Position numbers and translations under genes: made by a program
Part shown: positions 16,791-29,105 of the stretch, piece after piece
How positions within the stretch are numbered: position 1 is the first letter of the stretch
Layout of the letters: every line of letters starts with the position of its first letter
Assembly: GCA_964386525.1 (NCBI GenBank)
Contig: CAYLSO010000008.1
Span: 1-49,626, forward strand
Length of the DNA: 49,626 nt
Source of the DNA: an uncultured bacterium
GTDB lineage: Bacteria; Eisenbacteria; RBG-16-71-46; DASYSL01
Direction: 5' to 3'
Notes under the pieces: generated by a model
What the model was told of the DNA's origin: nothing
Database searches by the model: none
Seen by the model: the letters and a program-made list of their open reading frames with translations, nothing else

Positions 16791-18278
16791 TTGGGCACGC
16801 CATCCGAGACCGTGAACGAACCTTCGTCTCCCCTGCACATCGCCGTCGTCGGCGGCGGGATCACCGGCCTGACCGCCGCGTACCGCTCGGTGGAGCGGGC
16901 CCAGGAGAGCGGCCGCGCGGTGCGCGTCTCGCTGCTCGAGGCGGGCCCGCGCCTGGGCGGGGTGGTCTCCACGCGCTCGCGCGACGGCTTCGTGGTGGAC
17001 GACGGGCCCGACTCCTTCCTCACCGACAAGCCGTGGGCCCGCTTCCTCGCCGAGCGGCTGGGCCTGGGGCCGCGGCTGATCGCCACCGACCCCGCCTACC
17101 GCGCCAGCTTCGTGGTCCGCGGGCGCCGCCTGTGGGCAGCGCCCGAGGGCTTCCAGGTGCTGGCGCCGGGGCGGCTGCGCCCGGTGTGGCGAAGCCCGCT
17201 GTTCAGCCCGCTGGGCAAGCTGCGCATCACCCTCGAGGCGTGCATCCCGCCGCGCCACGCCAGCGGCGACGAGAGCGTGGCCAGCTTCGTGCGGCGGCGC
17301 TTCGGGCGCGAGGCGCTCGAGCGCATCGCGCAGCCGATGGTCGCCGGCATCTACGGCCTGGATCCCGAGGATCTCTCGCTCGAGACCACGTTCCCGCGCT
17401 TCCTGCTGCTCGAGAAGGAGCACGGGAGCATCCTGCGCGCCCTGCGCTCGGCGCGCGGCTCGCGCGGCTACGCCATCGAGTCCTCGCCGGCCGAACCCGA
17501 CCGTGAGGGCCGCTTCGCGCACAAGAGCGGCGGCCCGCGCCTCGGGTTGTTCGAGAGCTTCGACGGCGGCATGCAGGTGCTGGTGGACGCGCTGGCCGCG
17601 CGGCTGCCGGCCGGGGCGGCGCGCACGCACCTGCGGGTGGAGGAGCTGCGGGCCGGGCCCGGCGGTGGCCGCCCGCGCTGGCTGCTGCGGACCTCGGCGG
17701 GCGAGCAGGCCGCCGACGCCGTGGTCCTGGCCCTGCCGGCCTACGAGGCCGGGCGGCTATTGGCCGCGGTGGATGCCACGCTCGCGGCCGACCTGTCGGC
17801 GATCGCCTACGGCTCGTCGGCCGTCGTGTCGCTGGCCTACCCCGAGGGCGCCATCGCCCACCCGCTGGGCGGCGCCGGGCTCGTCATCCCGGCGCGCGAG
17901 GCGCGGCGCGTGCTGGCCTGCATCTTCTCGCACCGCAAGTTCGCCGGCCGCGCCCCGGGCGGCCAGGGCCTGCTGCGCGCCTTCATGCCAGGCGAGGCGG
18001 CGGAGTCTCCGGATGCCGAGCTGGCCGCCGGCGCGCACGCCGAGCTGCGCGACCTGCTCGGCATCTCCGGCGAGCCGCTCTTCTCCCGCGTGGCGCGCTA
18101 TCCCCGCGCGACCCCGCACTACCGCGTCGGCCACCGCGATCTGGTGGGCCGCATCGAGACCCGTGCGGCCGCCCTGCCGGGACTCTTCCTGGCCGGCAAC
18201 GGCTACCGCGGCGCCGGCATCCCCGACTGCGTGCGCAGCGGCGAGGCGGCGGCGGAAGCCGCCCTGGCGTCGCTCTAG
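16791..18278 (+). CDS. hemY: Protoporphyrinogen/coproporphyrinogen III oxidase (HemY/CgoX family, FAD)
   Basis: HIAVVGGGITGLTAAY dinucleotide-binding motif, size about 490 aa, C-terminal ...GNGYRGAGIPDCV, located directly after hemE. The start is uncertain: TTG at 16791 or GTG at 16812. Confidence 0.85.
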   Translation: MGTPSETVNEPSSPLHIAVVGGGITGLTAAYRSVERAQESGRAVRVSLLEAGPRLGGVVSTRSRDGFVVDDGPDSFLTDKPWARFLAERLGLGPRLIATDPAYRASFVVRGRRLWAAPEGFQVLAPGRLRPVWRSPLFSPLGKLRITLEACIPPRHASGDESVASFVRRRFGREALERIAQPMVAGIYGLDPEDLSLETTFPRFLLLEKEHGSILRALRSARGSRGYAIESSPAEPDREGRFAHKSGGPRLGLFESFDGGMQVLVDALAARLPAGAARTHLRVEELRAGPGGGRPRWLLRTSAGEQAADAVVLALPAYEAGRLLAAVDATLAADLSAIAYGSSAVVSLAYPEGAIAHPLGGAGLVIPAREARRVLACIFSHRKFAGRAPGGQGLLRAFMPGEAAESPDAELAAGAHAELRDLLGISGEPLFSRVARYPRATPHYRVGHRDLVGRIETRAAALPGLFLAGNGYRGAGIPDCVRSGEAAAEAALASL

Positions 18279-18625
18279 GGCCGGCTTCGACAGCCCCGCG
18301 GCCGCACCGCGGACCGCTTGAAGAAAACTTGACCCGGCCGGGTCCGCAACCATTCCGCCGACCGCGCATCCTAGTCAGCGAACCGACGCAGCCGGCCCGC
18401 CTCGCGGCGATCCGGCCCACCCATCGAGATCAGAGCTTGTCTCAGGCCCGGGCGGGGCGTGCGGAACCCGCCGGGCGGCGGCCCCGTCGGCTGCGTCCCG
18501 CAGGCGCGGCGGTGGCCGCGGATGGAATCGACGTCATCGGCACTTCGCCGCCGTAAGCGGTGGGGTGATGCGGGTTCGGGGGAGCACCGCGCGGTGACGT
18601 CGACTACTCCTGATGCACCTGACAC

Positions 18626-18650
18626 GCGGCGCCCGACTGGCGGGCGCCGC
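18626..18650. terminator. Perfect 10-bp GC hairpin in the convergent hemY/hppA gap (possible terminator)
   Basis: GCGGCGCCCG-ACTGG-CGGGCGCCGC. On the + strand it is followed by GTCCCTGTTT. There is no U-tract on the - strand. Confidence 0.3.
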
Positions 18651-18701
18651 GTCCCTGTTTAACCGGGGCGGACGGGCCGCCCGCGCCGGGAAGGCGGCCG
18701 A

Positions 18702-21152
<2,451 letters not shown>

Positions 21153-21334
21153 CGGTGGACTCCTTCAGTTGGCTTCCGGCTGGGTCGGATACCGGAGGCT
21201 GCCGGCGGGCGGAACCGCCGCGGCGGTGCGCGGTCGCATGGCCTCAACCCATGGTGCCGGCAGCAAGTAGCGTGGATCGGGGCAAGACCGAAGCGCCGTC
21301 CCGGATACGGGGCGGCAGCCTAGCGGGTCAAGGC

Positions 21335-21375
21335 GGGGAAAACAAGGGGAGCCCCCGGGCGACACCCGGGGCTCG
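21335..21375 (-). terminator. Intrinsic terminator-like hairpin within the hppA upstream leader (minus strand)
   Basis: The minus strand reads GAGCCCCGGG-TGTCG-CCCGGGGGCTC (one bulged G), then CCCTTGTTTTCC. It lies about 185 nt upstream of the hppA ATG. Confidence 0.5.
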
Positions 21376-21658
21376 GCTCAGCCCGCCGCTAGCGCCCGGC
21401 CGCCGGCAGGCATTCGAGGGTCTGGCCCGCGGAAGTTCGTCAGGATCACACCGGCCGCGGTGCCAGCGATCCCCCCCAGCACGAACCCCAGCGCGGGTCG
21501 GTGATTCCCCGGCGCACGCGACAGGTGACCTTCCCCATGGGCGCCTCCAGAGGATCGAGGTAGAGGCGACGGGAGCCCCGATCGAGACCCCATACGCCGG
21601 TCGGGGCGGCCGGGCTCGATAGGCGAGCAGTTTCTCCGCACTGAACAGCCGAACTCGC

Positions 21659-21686
21659 TTGCATCGTCGGTAGCGGGTGCTAGACT
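21659..21686 (+). promoter_or_regulatory. Candidate sigma70-type promoter of the 21760 gene
   Basis: TTGCAT (21659-21664), a 16-nt spacer, then TAGACT (21681-21686), about 70 nt upstream of the ATG. Confidence 0.4.
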
Positions 21687-21759
21687 CGCGGCGCGGAAGG
21701 AACCGCGCGAGGCCCTGTTCGGCACCCTCCAACCACGCCCATCCAAAGGAGTGACCCTC

Positions 21760-22410
21760 ATGAGAAGACTGGCTACTGCGTTTCTGGTGCTGGCCGGACT
21801 GGCTGTCGCGTCCATCGCGTTGGCGGTGGACTTCGACCAGAAGACCGTCATGCCCGAAGGCATCACCCCCAACTTCACGCTGGCTCAGGTGCTCGCCTGC
21901 GACAACGGCACCGCGAACAACGCCTACTTCCAGGCTGACGTCGCCCGCTACGGCAACCTCTTCAACCTGGGCAGCAGCGCGCGTCTGAGCCACCTCGAGT
22001 TCGCCCACTACGGCTTCGGATTCTCGGGGCCGTACAACTACGACATCGAGCTGTGGGATCCGACGAGCTGCACCGTGATCGCGACCGTGGACGGGCTCGT
22101 CGCTCAGGACGCGGCCGACTTCTTCGTGGTGGAGTCGGTGGATCTCTGTCCGCGGCAATTGGTCGCTTCGGGCAACGTGATCGTCGCGATCGACGCGAAC
22201 AGCTGCGCCGTCCCCTCCGACTGCTACCCTGACGTCCTCTTCGACACCCAGATCAACGTCCTCTGCCCGTTCATCGTGGATGCGGCAGGCGGCGTTTGCA
22301 TCGATGTCAGCGATCAGTCCGGGCCATTCTTGCTCCGGCTCGAGATCGACAACTGCGCCGTCCCCGTGAAGCCGGGCACGTGGGGCGCCCTGAAGCAGCT
22401 CTACCGCTAA
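21760..22410 (+). CDS. Secreted Cys-rich hypothetical protein with conserved ...TWGALKQLYR C-terminal tail
   Basis: ATG at 21760 with AAAGGAG upstream. Signal peptide (IALA/VD). Nine Cys in the mature part. It ends CAVPVKPGTWGALKQLYR. Confidence 0.8.
   Translation: MRRLATAFLVLAGLAVASIALAVDFDQKTVMPEGITPNFTLAQVLACDNGTANNAYFQADVARYGNLFNLGSSARLSHLEFAHYGFGFSGPYNYDIELWDPTSCTVIATVDGLVAQDAADFFVVESVDLCPRQLVASGNVIVAIDANSCAVPSDCYPDVLFDTQINVLCPFIVDAAGGVCIDVSDQSGPFLLRLEIDNCAVPVKPGTWGALKQLYR
22357..22407 (+). other. Coding segment for conserved C-terminal tag, copy 3 (AVPVKPGTWGALKQLYR-COOH)
   Basis: Same VPV..[ST]WG..K.LYR-COOH pattern as copies 1 and 2. Confidence 0.55.
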
Positions 22411-22460
22411 GCTCGTTGGTTTCTCGAGCGCCGTTGCAGGGCAGACACACGAGGGAGGTC

Positions 22461-24410
22461 GTGACGCGCCGCGACCTCCCTCGCTCGCGTTTGGGGACCC
22501 GGCGCGGGTTCGCCACGGGCCTGGCGCTGCTGGTGGCCGGGGCGGCGGCGCTCGCGCCCGGGACCGCATCTTCGGCGGCCGCGGCCCCCCGCCCCGAGCG
22601 CCTCCTCCTGATCTCGATCGACGGCCTGGGCGAGGAGCGGGTCGACGCCGCCCGCATGCCGGCGCTCGCCGCGCTGCTCGAGCGCGGCGCGCGTTGCGAG
22701 AGCGCCCGATCGCCCTCGGGCCGCACCTTCCCCGCGCTCACCGCTCTGCTCTCCGGCCGCTCACCGGCCTCGACGGGGGTGAGCACCGAGGGCGCAGTCG
22801 GCTTTCCTCCTGCGGGCGCGGCCCTCGCTGCCGCACTCGGCGCCCTGGGCTACCGGGGGCTCGCGCTTCCGGCCGACCCGTTCGCGCATTCGGGAAGCGG
22901 GATCGGCCGAGGCTTCGCCCGCTTCGTGGCGGAGTCCCCCGCCCTGTCCGACAGCGCCCGGGCGGACACGGCCCTGGCATGGCTGGCGCGTCCCGGCCGG
23001 CACTTCGTCTGGCTCGGGCTCTCCTTCGGCGAAGCCGAGACCGCCTGGCGCCGTGAGGACGGTCCCGCGTTCGCCGACGCCCGCGCCCGCGAGGCTCGGG
23101 CGAGAGACCTCGACGACGCGATCGCCCGGTTGGCGGTGGGCCTCGAGCGCGCCGGGCTCGCCCCCGGCACCCTGCTCGCCGTGGCGGGCACCCACGCACT
23201 GCCGGGGGATGCCGACCCGCGCCGCGTGCCCATCGCGTTCATCCGGCTCGACGGGCCGGGCGGGGATCCGATCCCCGGCGACGCCAGCCTCGTGGACGTG
23301 GCGCCATCGCTCGTCCGGGCCGCCGGCGGGAAGCCCGCGGGCTTCGACGGCCGCGCGCTCCTTGGCGCGCCGGGCGCGGCGCCGGCCGGCTCGGCCGAGA
23401 CACCCGCTGAGAGTCCGTCGCCGTGCCGGGGCGAGCTGCGGTCCGTGATCGGCGACGGCAAGGCGGCCCCCGACAGCGCCGCTCTCGAGCGCCTGCGGGG
23501 GCTGGCCGAGCGCTGCCCCGAGGACCGGCGCGTGGCGATCGAGGAGGCCGACGGGCTCTCCCGCGCGGGCCGCGAGGCCGATGCGGCCCGCCGCTTCCTG
23601 GCGGTTCGCGAACGCTGGCCGGAGGACCCCGCGAGCGCGCTGGCCTACGCGCAGCACCTGGTGCGCCACCAGCGGTTCGAGATGGTGGGTGCCACGCTGG
23701 CGGCGATCCCGCGCACCAGCCCGTTCGCGGCCGAGGCCGCCTGGCTCGAGGTGATCGCGCTCGCCGGCGAGCTGCGCTTCACCGCCGCCTCCGCGGCGGC
23801 GCGCCGCGCGGCCGCGCTCGCCGTGCCCCGTGGGTCGTTCGCCGAGGCGCCGGCCACGCTCGACCGGCTGCACGCGGCCCAGAGCGTGGCCGAGGCGCAA
23901 CCGGACGATTTCGCGGCGCAGATGGCGTTCGGCCGCCAGCTGGGCGAGTTCGGGCTCACCGAGGAAGCTTACCGCCACCTGCACCGCGCGCGGCTCGCCG
24001 ACTCGACGAGCGCCGAGCCCGACTTCTGGATCGCCACCTTCCTGCTGCGCCAGGGGCGTCTCAAGCCTGCCGCCCAGACCTTCGAGCGTGGGCTCGTGAC
24101 CGACCCGGGCCATCGCGCCTCGCGCGTCGCCCTTGCCGAGGTGCTGATCCGGCTCGACCGCTGGCGGGAAGCGATCCCGCAGCTCGAGCGCGCCGTGGCC
24201 GAGGATCCGGGCGACGCGCGCTCCGGCTACAACCTGGCGTGCCTGCTCGCCAGGGATGGCCGTTCCGAGGAGGCGCTGCGCGCGTTGCGGCGCGCGCTGG
24301 ACGCGGGCTACGGCGACTGGGATCGGCTGGCGGAAGACGCGGATCTGGCCCCGCTCCGGGACCGTCCCGAGTTCCGGGCGCTGCTGGCCCGGCGCCCCGG
24401 GGGGCCCTGA
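22461..24410 (+). CDS. Alkaline-phosphatase-superfamily (phosphodiesterase/pyrophosphatase-like) domain fused to C-terminal TPR repeats, exported
   Basis: GTG at 22461 after GAGGGAGG. N-terminal signal/TAT-like region. LLLISIDGLG...PSGRTFPALTALLSGRSP matches the metal/nucleophile (Thr) motif of the ENPP/AP fold. The C-terminal roughly 300 aa are TPR-like helices. Confidence 0.7.
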   Translation: MTRRDLPRSRLGTRRGFATGLALLVAGAAALAPGTASSAAAAPRPERLLLISIDGLGEERVDAARMPALAALLERGARCESARSPSGRTFPALTALLSGRSPASTGVSTEGAVGFPPAGAALAAALGALGYRGLALPADPFAHSGSGIGRGFARFVAESPALSDSARADTALAWLARPGRHFVWLGLSFGEAETAWRREDGPAFADARAREARARDLDDAIARLAVGLERAGLAPGTLLAVAGTHALPGDADPRRVPIAFIRLDGPGGDPIPGDASLVDVAPSLVRAAGGKPAGFDGRALLGAPGAAPAGSAETPAESPSPCRGELRSVIGDGKAAPDSAALERLRGLAERCPEDRRVAIEEADGLSRAGREADAARRFLAVRERWPEDPASALAYAQHLVRHQRFEMVGATLAAIPRTSPFAAEAAWLEVIALAGELRFTAASAAARRAAALAVPRGSFAEAPATLDRLHAAQSVAEAQPDDFAAQMAFGRQLGEFGLTEEAYRHLHRARLADSTSAEPDFWIATFLLRQGRLKPAAQTFERGLVTDPGHRASRVALAEVLIRLDRWREAIPQLERAVAEDPGDARSGYNLACLLARDGRSEEALRALRRALDAGYGDWDRLAEDADLAPLRDRPEFRALLARRPGGP

Positions 24411-24426
24411 GTCCGGGGCCGCCCGC

Positions 24427-25313
<887 letters not shown>

Positions 25314-25317
<4 letters not shown>

Positions 25318-25916
25318 CGGCGACCCCGCTCGGCGGTCTTGGCCGCGCGCCGCTTCGCCGGCGGCTTCCGCGCCGGGCGCTGGGCCGGCTGCTTCTCCGC
25401 CGGTTTCTTCCCCGCCCGCGGCGCCGACCGCTTCTCTGGTTGCTTCCCCGCCCGGGCCGCGGCCCGCACCGCGTCCACGATCTTCTGGTAGCCGGTGCAG
25501 CGGCAGAGGTTGCCGGCCAGCGCCTCGCGCACCTCGGCCTCGCTCGGCACGCGGCCCCGCGCCCGCGTCAGCAGCTCGTGCGCCTGCACCAGGATGCCCG
25601 GCGTGCAGATGCCGCACTGGGTGCCGCCGCGCGCCACCATCAGCTCCTGCAGCGCCGAGAGCCGCGCACCATGCGCCAGGCCCTCGACGGTGAGGATGCG
25701 GGAGCCGTCGGCCTGCACCGCCGGCACCAGGCAGGAGTTCACGGAGCGCCCGTCGAGCAGCACGGTGCAGGCGCCGCACTCGCCCTCGCCGCAGCCCTCC
25801 TTGGTGCCGGTGAGCCCGCAGTCTTCGCGCAGCACGTCGAGCAACCGCTTCAAGGGCGGCACGCGCACGCGGCGCGCCTTGCCGTTGACGGTGAATCGCA
25901 GGGTGACGGCGGCCAT
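25314..25916 (-). CDS. Molybdenum hydroxylase [2Fe-2S] (small) subunit with about 50-aa Lys/Arg/Pro/Ala-rich C-terminal tail
   Basis: CGEGECGACTV and GTQCGICTPG...NLCRCTGY cluster motifs. The tail reads AGKQPEKRSAPRAGKKPAEKQPAQRPARKPPAKRRAAKTAERGRR. ATGA overlaps at both ends. Confidence 0.9.
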
Positions 25917-28270
25917 CAGCGGCGCTCCTTGGCGGCCAGCGCCCGCAGCACCCGCTCCGGCAGCACCGGGAGTTCGTCGAAGCGCGCCCCGGTCGCCTGC
26001 TCCACCGCCGCCACCACCGCGGGAGCCGGAGCGTCGAACGGCAGCTCCCCCACGCCCTTGGCGCCGAACGGCCCGCGCGAGTAGGGCTTCTCGACCAGGA
26101 TCACATCGATGGGCGGCGTGTCGGCCGCGGTCGGGATGATGTAGTTGGTGAGCTGCTGGTTCCACACGCGCCCGTCCTTGACGCGCACCTCCTCGAGCAG
26201 CGCGTAGCCGAGCGCCTGCGCCGTGCCGCCCTCGATCTGGCCCGCCGCCAGCACCGGGTGGATCGCCTTGCCCACGTCCACCGCCGTGGTGACGTGGAGC
26301 AGGCGGACCTCGCCGGTGTCGAGGTCGGCCTCGGCCTCGACCACGCAGCCGTCGTAGCCGAACACGCCGTAGGCGTCGCCGCGATAGGCGGCGTCGTCCC
26401 ACGCGATCCCCGGCGGCGGCTCGTAGCGCCGCTCGACGCGCAGCGGCCCGCGCCGCGCCAGGTGGCGCCGCGCCAGGCGCCGGAACCCCTCGCCGTCGGC
26501 CCAGCCGCGCCCGGCGAAGGCCTCCAGCTCGGCGCGCATCCCCGCGGCGCAGCGCCGGACGATCTCGCCGACCACCATCACCGTGCGCGACGCCACCGTC
26601 GGCCCGCTGTCCGGGACCTTGGCGGTGTCGGGCGTCTCGACCACGACCAGCTCCGCCGGCACGCCGAGCGTCTCCCCCGCGATCTGCGCGAAGGCGGTGA
26701 TCGTCCCCTGGCCGATCTCGGTGTTGGCCATGAGCACGCGCGGCCGCCCGTCGCCGGTCAGGTCCATCGCCGCCCGCGAGGCCAGCCGCACCTCGCCGCT
26801 GCCGGTGAAGCCGCCGCCGTGGTAGACCAGCGACACGCCGATGCCGCGGCGCAGGCGCCGCTCTCCCGGGCCGAACCGCCCGGCGCGCTCGGCGCGCGCC
26901 GCCGCCGCATTGTCGCGCGCGTAGCGGACCCGCTTGGCGGCGTAGCCGGCGCGCTGCGCCGCCTGCTCGAGCACGTCCAGCGCGCCGACGCTCTCGCGCA
27001 GGGTCTGCCCGGTGGGCGTGACGTCGCCGACCTCGTAGGCGTTGCGGCGGCGCAGCTCGAGCGGATCGAGGCGCAGACGCTCAGCGATGCGGTTCATCTG
27101 GCACTCGATCGCGAACTGCGTCTGCGGAGCGCCGAAGCCGCGGAAAGCGCCCGCCGGCGGCAGGTTGGTGGCCACGGCGCGGGCCCGGATGGCGACGTTG
27201 GGGCAGACGTACGGGCCGGCGGCGTGGATGGCGCCGCGCGACAGCACCACCGGCGTCAGCGTCAGGTACGCCCCGCCGTCCATCACCACGTCGATGTCGT
27301 GCGCCAGCAGGATGCCGGCGGCGTCCACGGCGCTGCGAATGCGCACCATCGCCGCGTGGCGCTTGGTGGTGGCGGCGATGTCCTCGCCGCGGTCGTAGAC
27401 GATCTTCACCGGGCGGCCGCTCTTCCACGCCAGCAGCGCGGCGTGGCCGGCGATCATCGACGGGTACTCCTCCTTGCCGCCGAAGCCCCCGCCGGTGACC
27501 GTCTGGATGACCCGCACCCTCTCCGGCGGCAGCGCGAAGACGCGCATCAGCGCCGCGTGCACGTAATACGGGCACTGCAACGAGCCGCGCACCGTGATGC
27601 CGCCGGCGCCGTCGGGCTCGGCGATCATGCCTTGCGGCTCGATGTAGATGTGCTCCTGGGCGCCGGTGCGGTAGCGGCCCTCGACCACGATCGCGGCGCG
27701 GGCCAGGGCTGCGGCCGCGTCGCCGCGGGCGATGCGGACCTCCTTGAAGACGTTGTCGCGCTTGTAGAGGACCGCCTTGCGGGCCAGCGAGTCCTCCATG
27801 GTCAGGACCGGGTCGAGCGGCTCGTACTCGACGCGCACCGCCTGGCGCGCCGCCTCGGCGCGTTCGGGGTCCGCGTGGGCCACGAGCAGGATGGCCTCGT
27901 CGGCGTGGCGCACCTCGCCGGCGGCCAGCAGCGGCTGGTCGTCCTCGATGAGTGCGACGACGTTCTCGCCGGGGATGTCCTTGTGGTCGGCGAGCACGAC
28001 ACCGGTCCAGTCGAACGCGGGGTCGAGCTCGATGCGCCTGATGCGGCCGCGCGCGATGGTCGAGCGGACCGTGCGGCCGTGCAGCGCGCCGGGCACGCGC
28101 AGGTCGTCCACGTAGAGGGCCCGGCCGGTGACCTTGTCGTAGCCCTCGAGCTTGGGGACGCTCACGCCGACGGAACGCGTAGACGAGGCGGACGGCACGC
28201 GCCGTGCCCCGCGGCGGCGCGGCGCGGCGGGTGGGCGGGGCGGGGAACCGCGTCTGGATCCGGTAGGCAT
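25916..28270 (-). CDS. Xanthine-dehydrogenase-family molybdopterin-binding (large) subunit
   Basis: KLEGYDKVTG, VTGGGFGGKEEY, AFRGFGAPQ and GAKGVGELP motifs. The start is uncertain: ATG at 28270, or GTG at 28165 which would remove the Arg/Pro-rich N-terminus. Confidence 0.9.
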   Translation of the reverse strand: MPTGSRRGSPPRPPAAPRRRGARRVPSASSTRSVGVSVPKLEGYDKVTGRALYVDDLRVPGALHGRTVRSTIARGRIRRIELDPAFDWTGVVLADHKDIPGENVVALIEDDQPLLAAGEVRHADEAILLVAHADPERAEAARQAVRVEYEPLDPVLTMEDSLARKAVLYKRDNVFKEVRIARGDAAAALARAAIVVEGRYRTGAQEHIYIEPQGMIAEPDGAGGITVRGSLQCPYYVHAALMRVFALPPERVRVIQTVTGGGFGGKEEYPSMIAGHAALLAWKSGRPVKIVYDRGEDIAATTKRHAAMVRIRSAVDAAGILLAHDIDVVMDGGAYLTLTPVVLSRGAIHAAGPYVCPNVAIRARAVATNLPPAGAFRGFGAPQTQFAIECQMNRIAERLRLDPLELRRRNAYEVGDVTPTGQTLRESVGALDVLEQAAQRAGYAAKRVRYARDNAAAARAERAGRFGPGERRLRRGIGVSLVYHGGGFTGSGEVRLASRAAMDLTGDGRPRVLMANTEIGQGTITAFAQIAGETLGVPAELVVVETPDTAKVPDSGPTVASRTVMVVGEIVRRCAAGMRAELEAFAGRGWADGEGFRRLARRHLARRGPLRVERRYEPPPGIAWDDAAYRGDAYGVFGYDGCVVEAEADLDTGEVRLLHVTTAVDVGKAIHPVLAAGQIEGGTAQALGYALLEEVRVKDGRVWNQQLTNYIIPTAADTPPIDVILVEKPYSRGPFGAKGVGELPFDAPAPAVVAAVEQATGARFDELPVLPERVLRALAAKERR

Positions 28271-28350
28271 GGGCGTAGGGTAATGCGAACCCGGCCCGGC
28301 GCCAAGACGAACGAGGTCAGCCTCGGCCCGGGCTGGGAAGCGGCCGGCGG

Positions 28351-28953
28351 CTAGGTGAGCGGCGAGGGGCCGCCGCCCGGGCCTCCCTGGTAGTAAGGGT
28401 TCGTCCCGCCGGCGTGGTCGGTCTGGTCCACCACCTGCTTGATCTCGGGGATGGCCCGCTTGATCATCACCTCGACACCCAGCTTGAGGGTCGCCTCGGC
28501 CTGTCCGCAACCCCGACAGCCGCCGCCGAGCTGCACGTAGGCGACGCCGTCCTTCACCTCGAGGAGCTGGACGAATCCGCCGTGCCCACCCACCGCGGGG
28601 TTGATCTGGGAATCGAGCAGCTTCTGCACGGCGGCCGAGACGGGATCGTCCCAGATCGAGTTGGGATTGTCGATCTTGAAGCCGCTGTCGTATTCGTCCT
28701 CGGTGAAGTCGATGACCGATCCCTTGAGCTTCTCGGCGCTCTCCCCGTCCACCACGAGCAGCAGCCCGCCGGCGTCCACCTGCACGTCGCCGACCGCCGG
28801 CGTGCCCGCCTCGATCAGCTCCATCTCGTAGCCGAAACCGCCGGGGCCGCGGCCGGGACCGGTGATGGCCAGGCGCAGGGCCGCGCCCTCCTGCTTCCCC
28901 TGATGCATGTGCTCGAGTACTTTCTGCTTCGCCAAATCGGTGATGGTGATCAT
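28351..28953 (-). CDS. nfuA: Fe-S cluster carrier NfuA-like (A-type/HesB-like N-domain plus Nfu C-domain)
   Basis: N-terminal ITITDLAKQKVLEHM...LRLAI (IscA/HesB-like). C-terminal NifU domain with GGGCRGCG (CXXC). Confidence 0.85.
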   Translation of the reverse strand: MITITDLAKQKVLEHMHQGKQEGAALRLAITGPGRGPGGFGYEMELIEAGTPAVGDVQVDAGGLLLVVDGESAEKLKGSVIDFTEDEYDSGFKIDNPNSIWDDPVSAAVQKLLDSQINPAVGGHGGFVQLLEVKDGVAYVQLGGGCRGCGQAEATLKLGVEVMIKRAIPEIKQVVDQTDHAGGTNPYYQGGPGGGPSPLT

Positions 28954-29105
28954 GTTTCCCCCTGGCCGCTGGTCCCTAGGTGGTCCCTACCCGGCCATCC
29001 TAACCCGACGGGCGCCGCGCCCGAAAGTGGGCGTTGAGTTTCGCGCCGCGCGGGCGCATCCTCGGTGCCGCAGTCCCCTCCCCCACAGACGGAAGGAGGC
29101 CCGCC

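Noticed and set aside
15603-17630. 675-aa minus-strand ORF across hemE/hemY
   Set aside because: It is antisense to two clearly identifiable haem-biosynthesis genes and has low-complexity R/A/G composition.
15672-18278. hemE-hemY without hemH/hemQ as a possible pathway anomaly
   Set aside because: Split haem-biosynthesis loci are common. The missing genes are probably elsewhere in the genome, and this cannot be judged from one window.
18500-18600. GGAATCGACG... resembling the 5' end of tmRNA, and GGGTTCGGGGG resembling a tRNA T-arm
   Set aside because: There is no acceptor stem, no tag reading frame and no tRNA-like 3' end with CCA-proximal structure. A full tmRNA would have to extend into the hppA coding region.
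21378-21878. 166-aa minus-strand ORF ending just before the leader terminator
   Set aside because: Most of it is antisense to the 21760 gene or has weak third-position GC bias and R/S/P-rich sequence. Only the last roughly 25 codons (a hydrophobic segment) look coding-like, and no start or RBS could be assigned.
28165-28270. Arg-rich N-terminus of the Mo-hydroxylase large subunit as a possible TAT signal
   Set aside because: There is no S/T-R-R-x-F-L-K consensus followed by a hydrophobic h-region. The segment is Pro/Arg low complexity and may not be translated if the GTG at 28165 is the real start.
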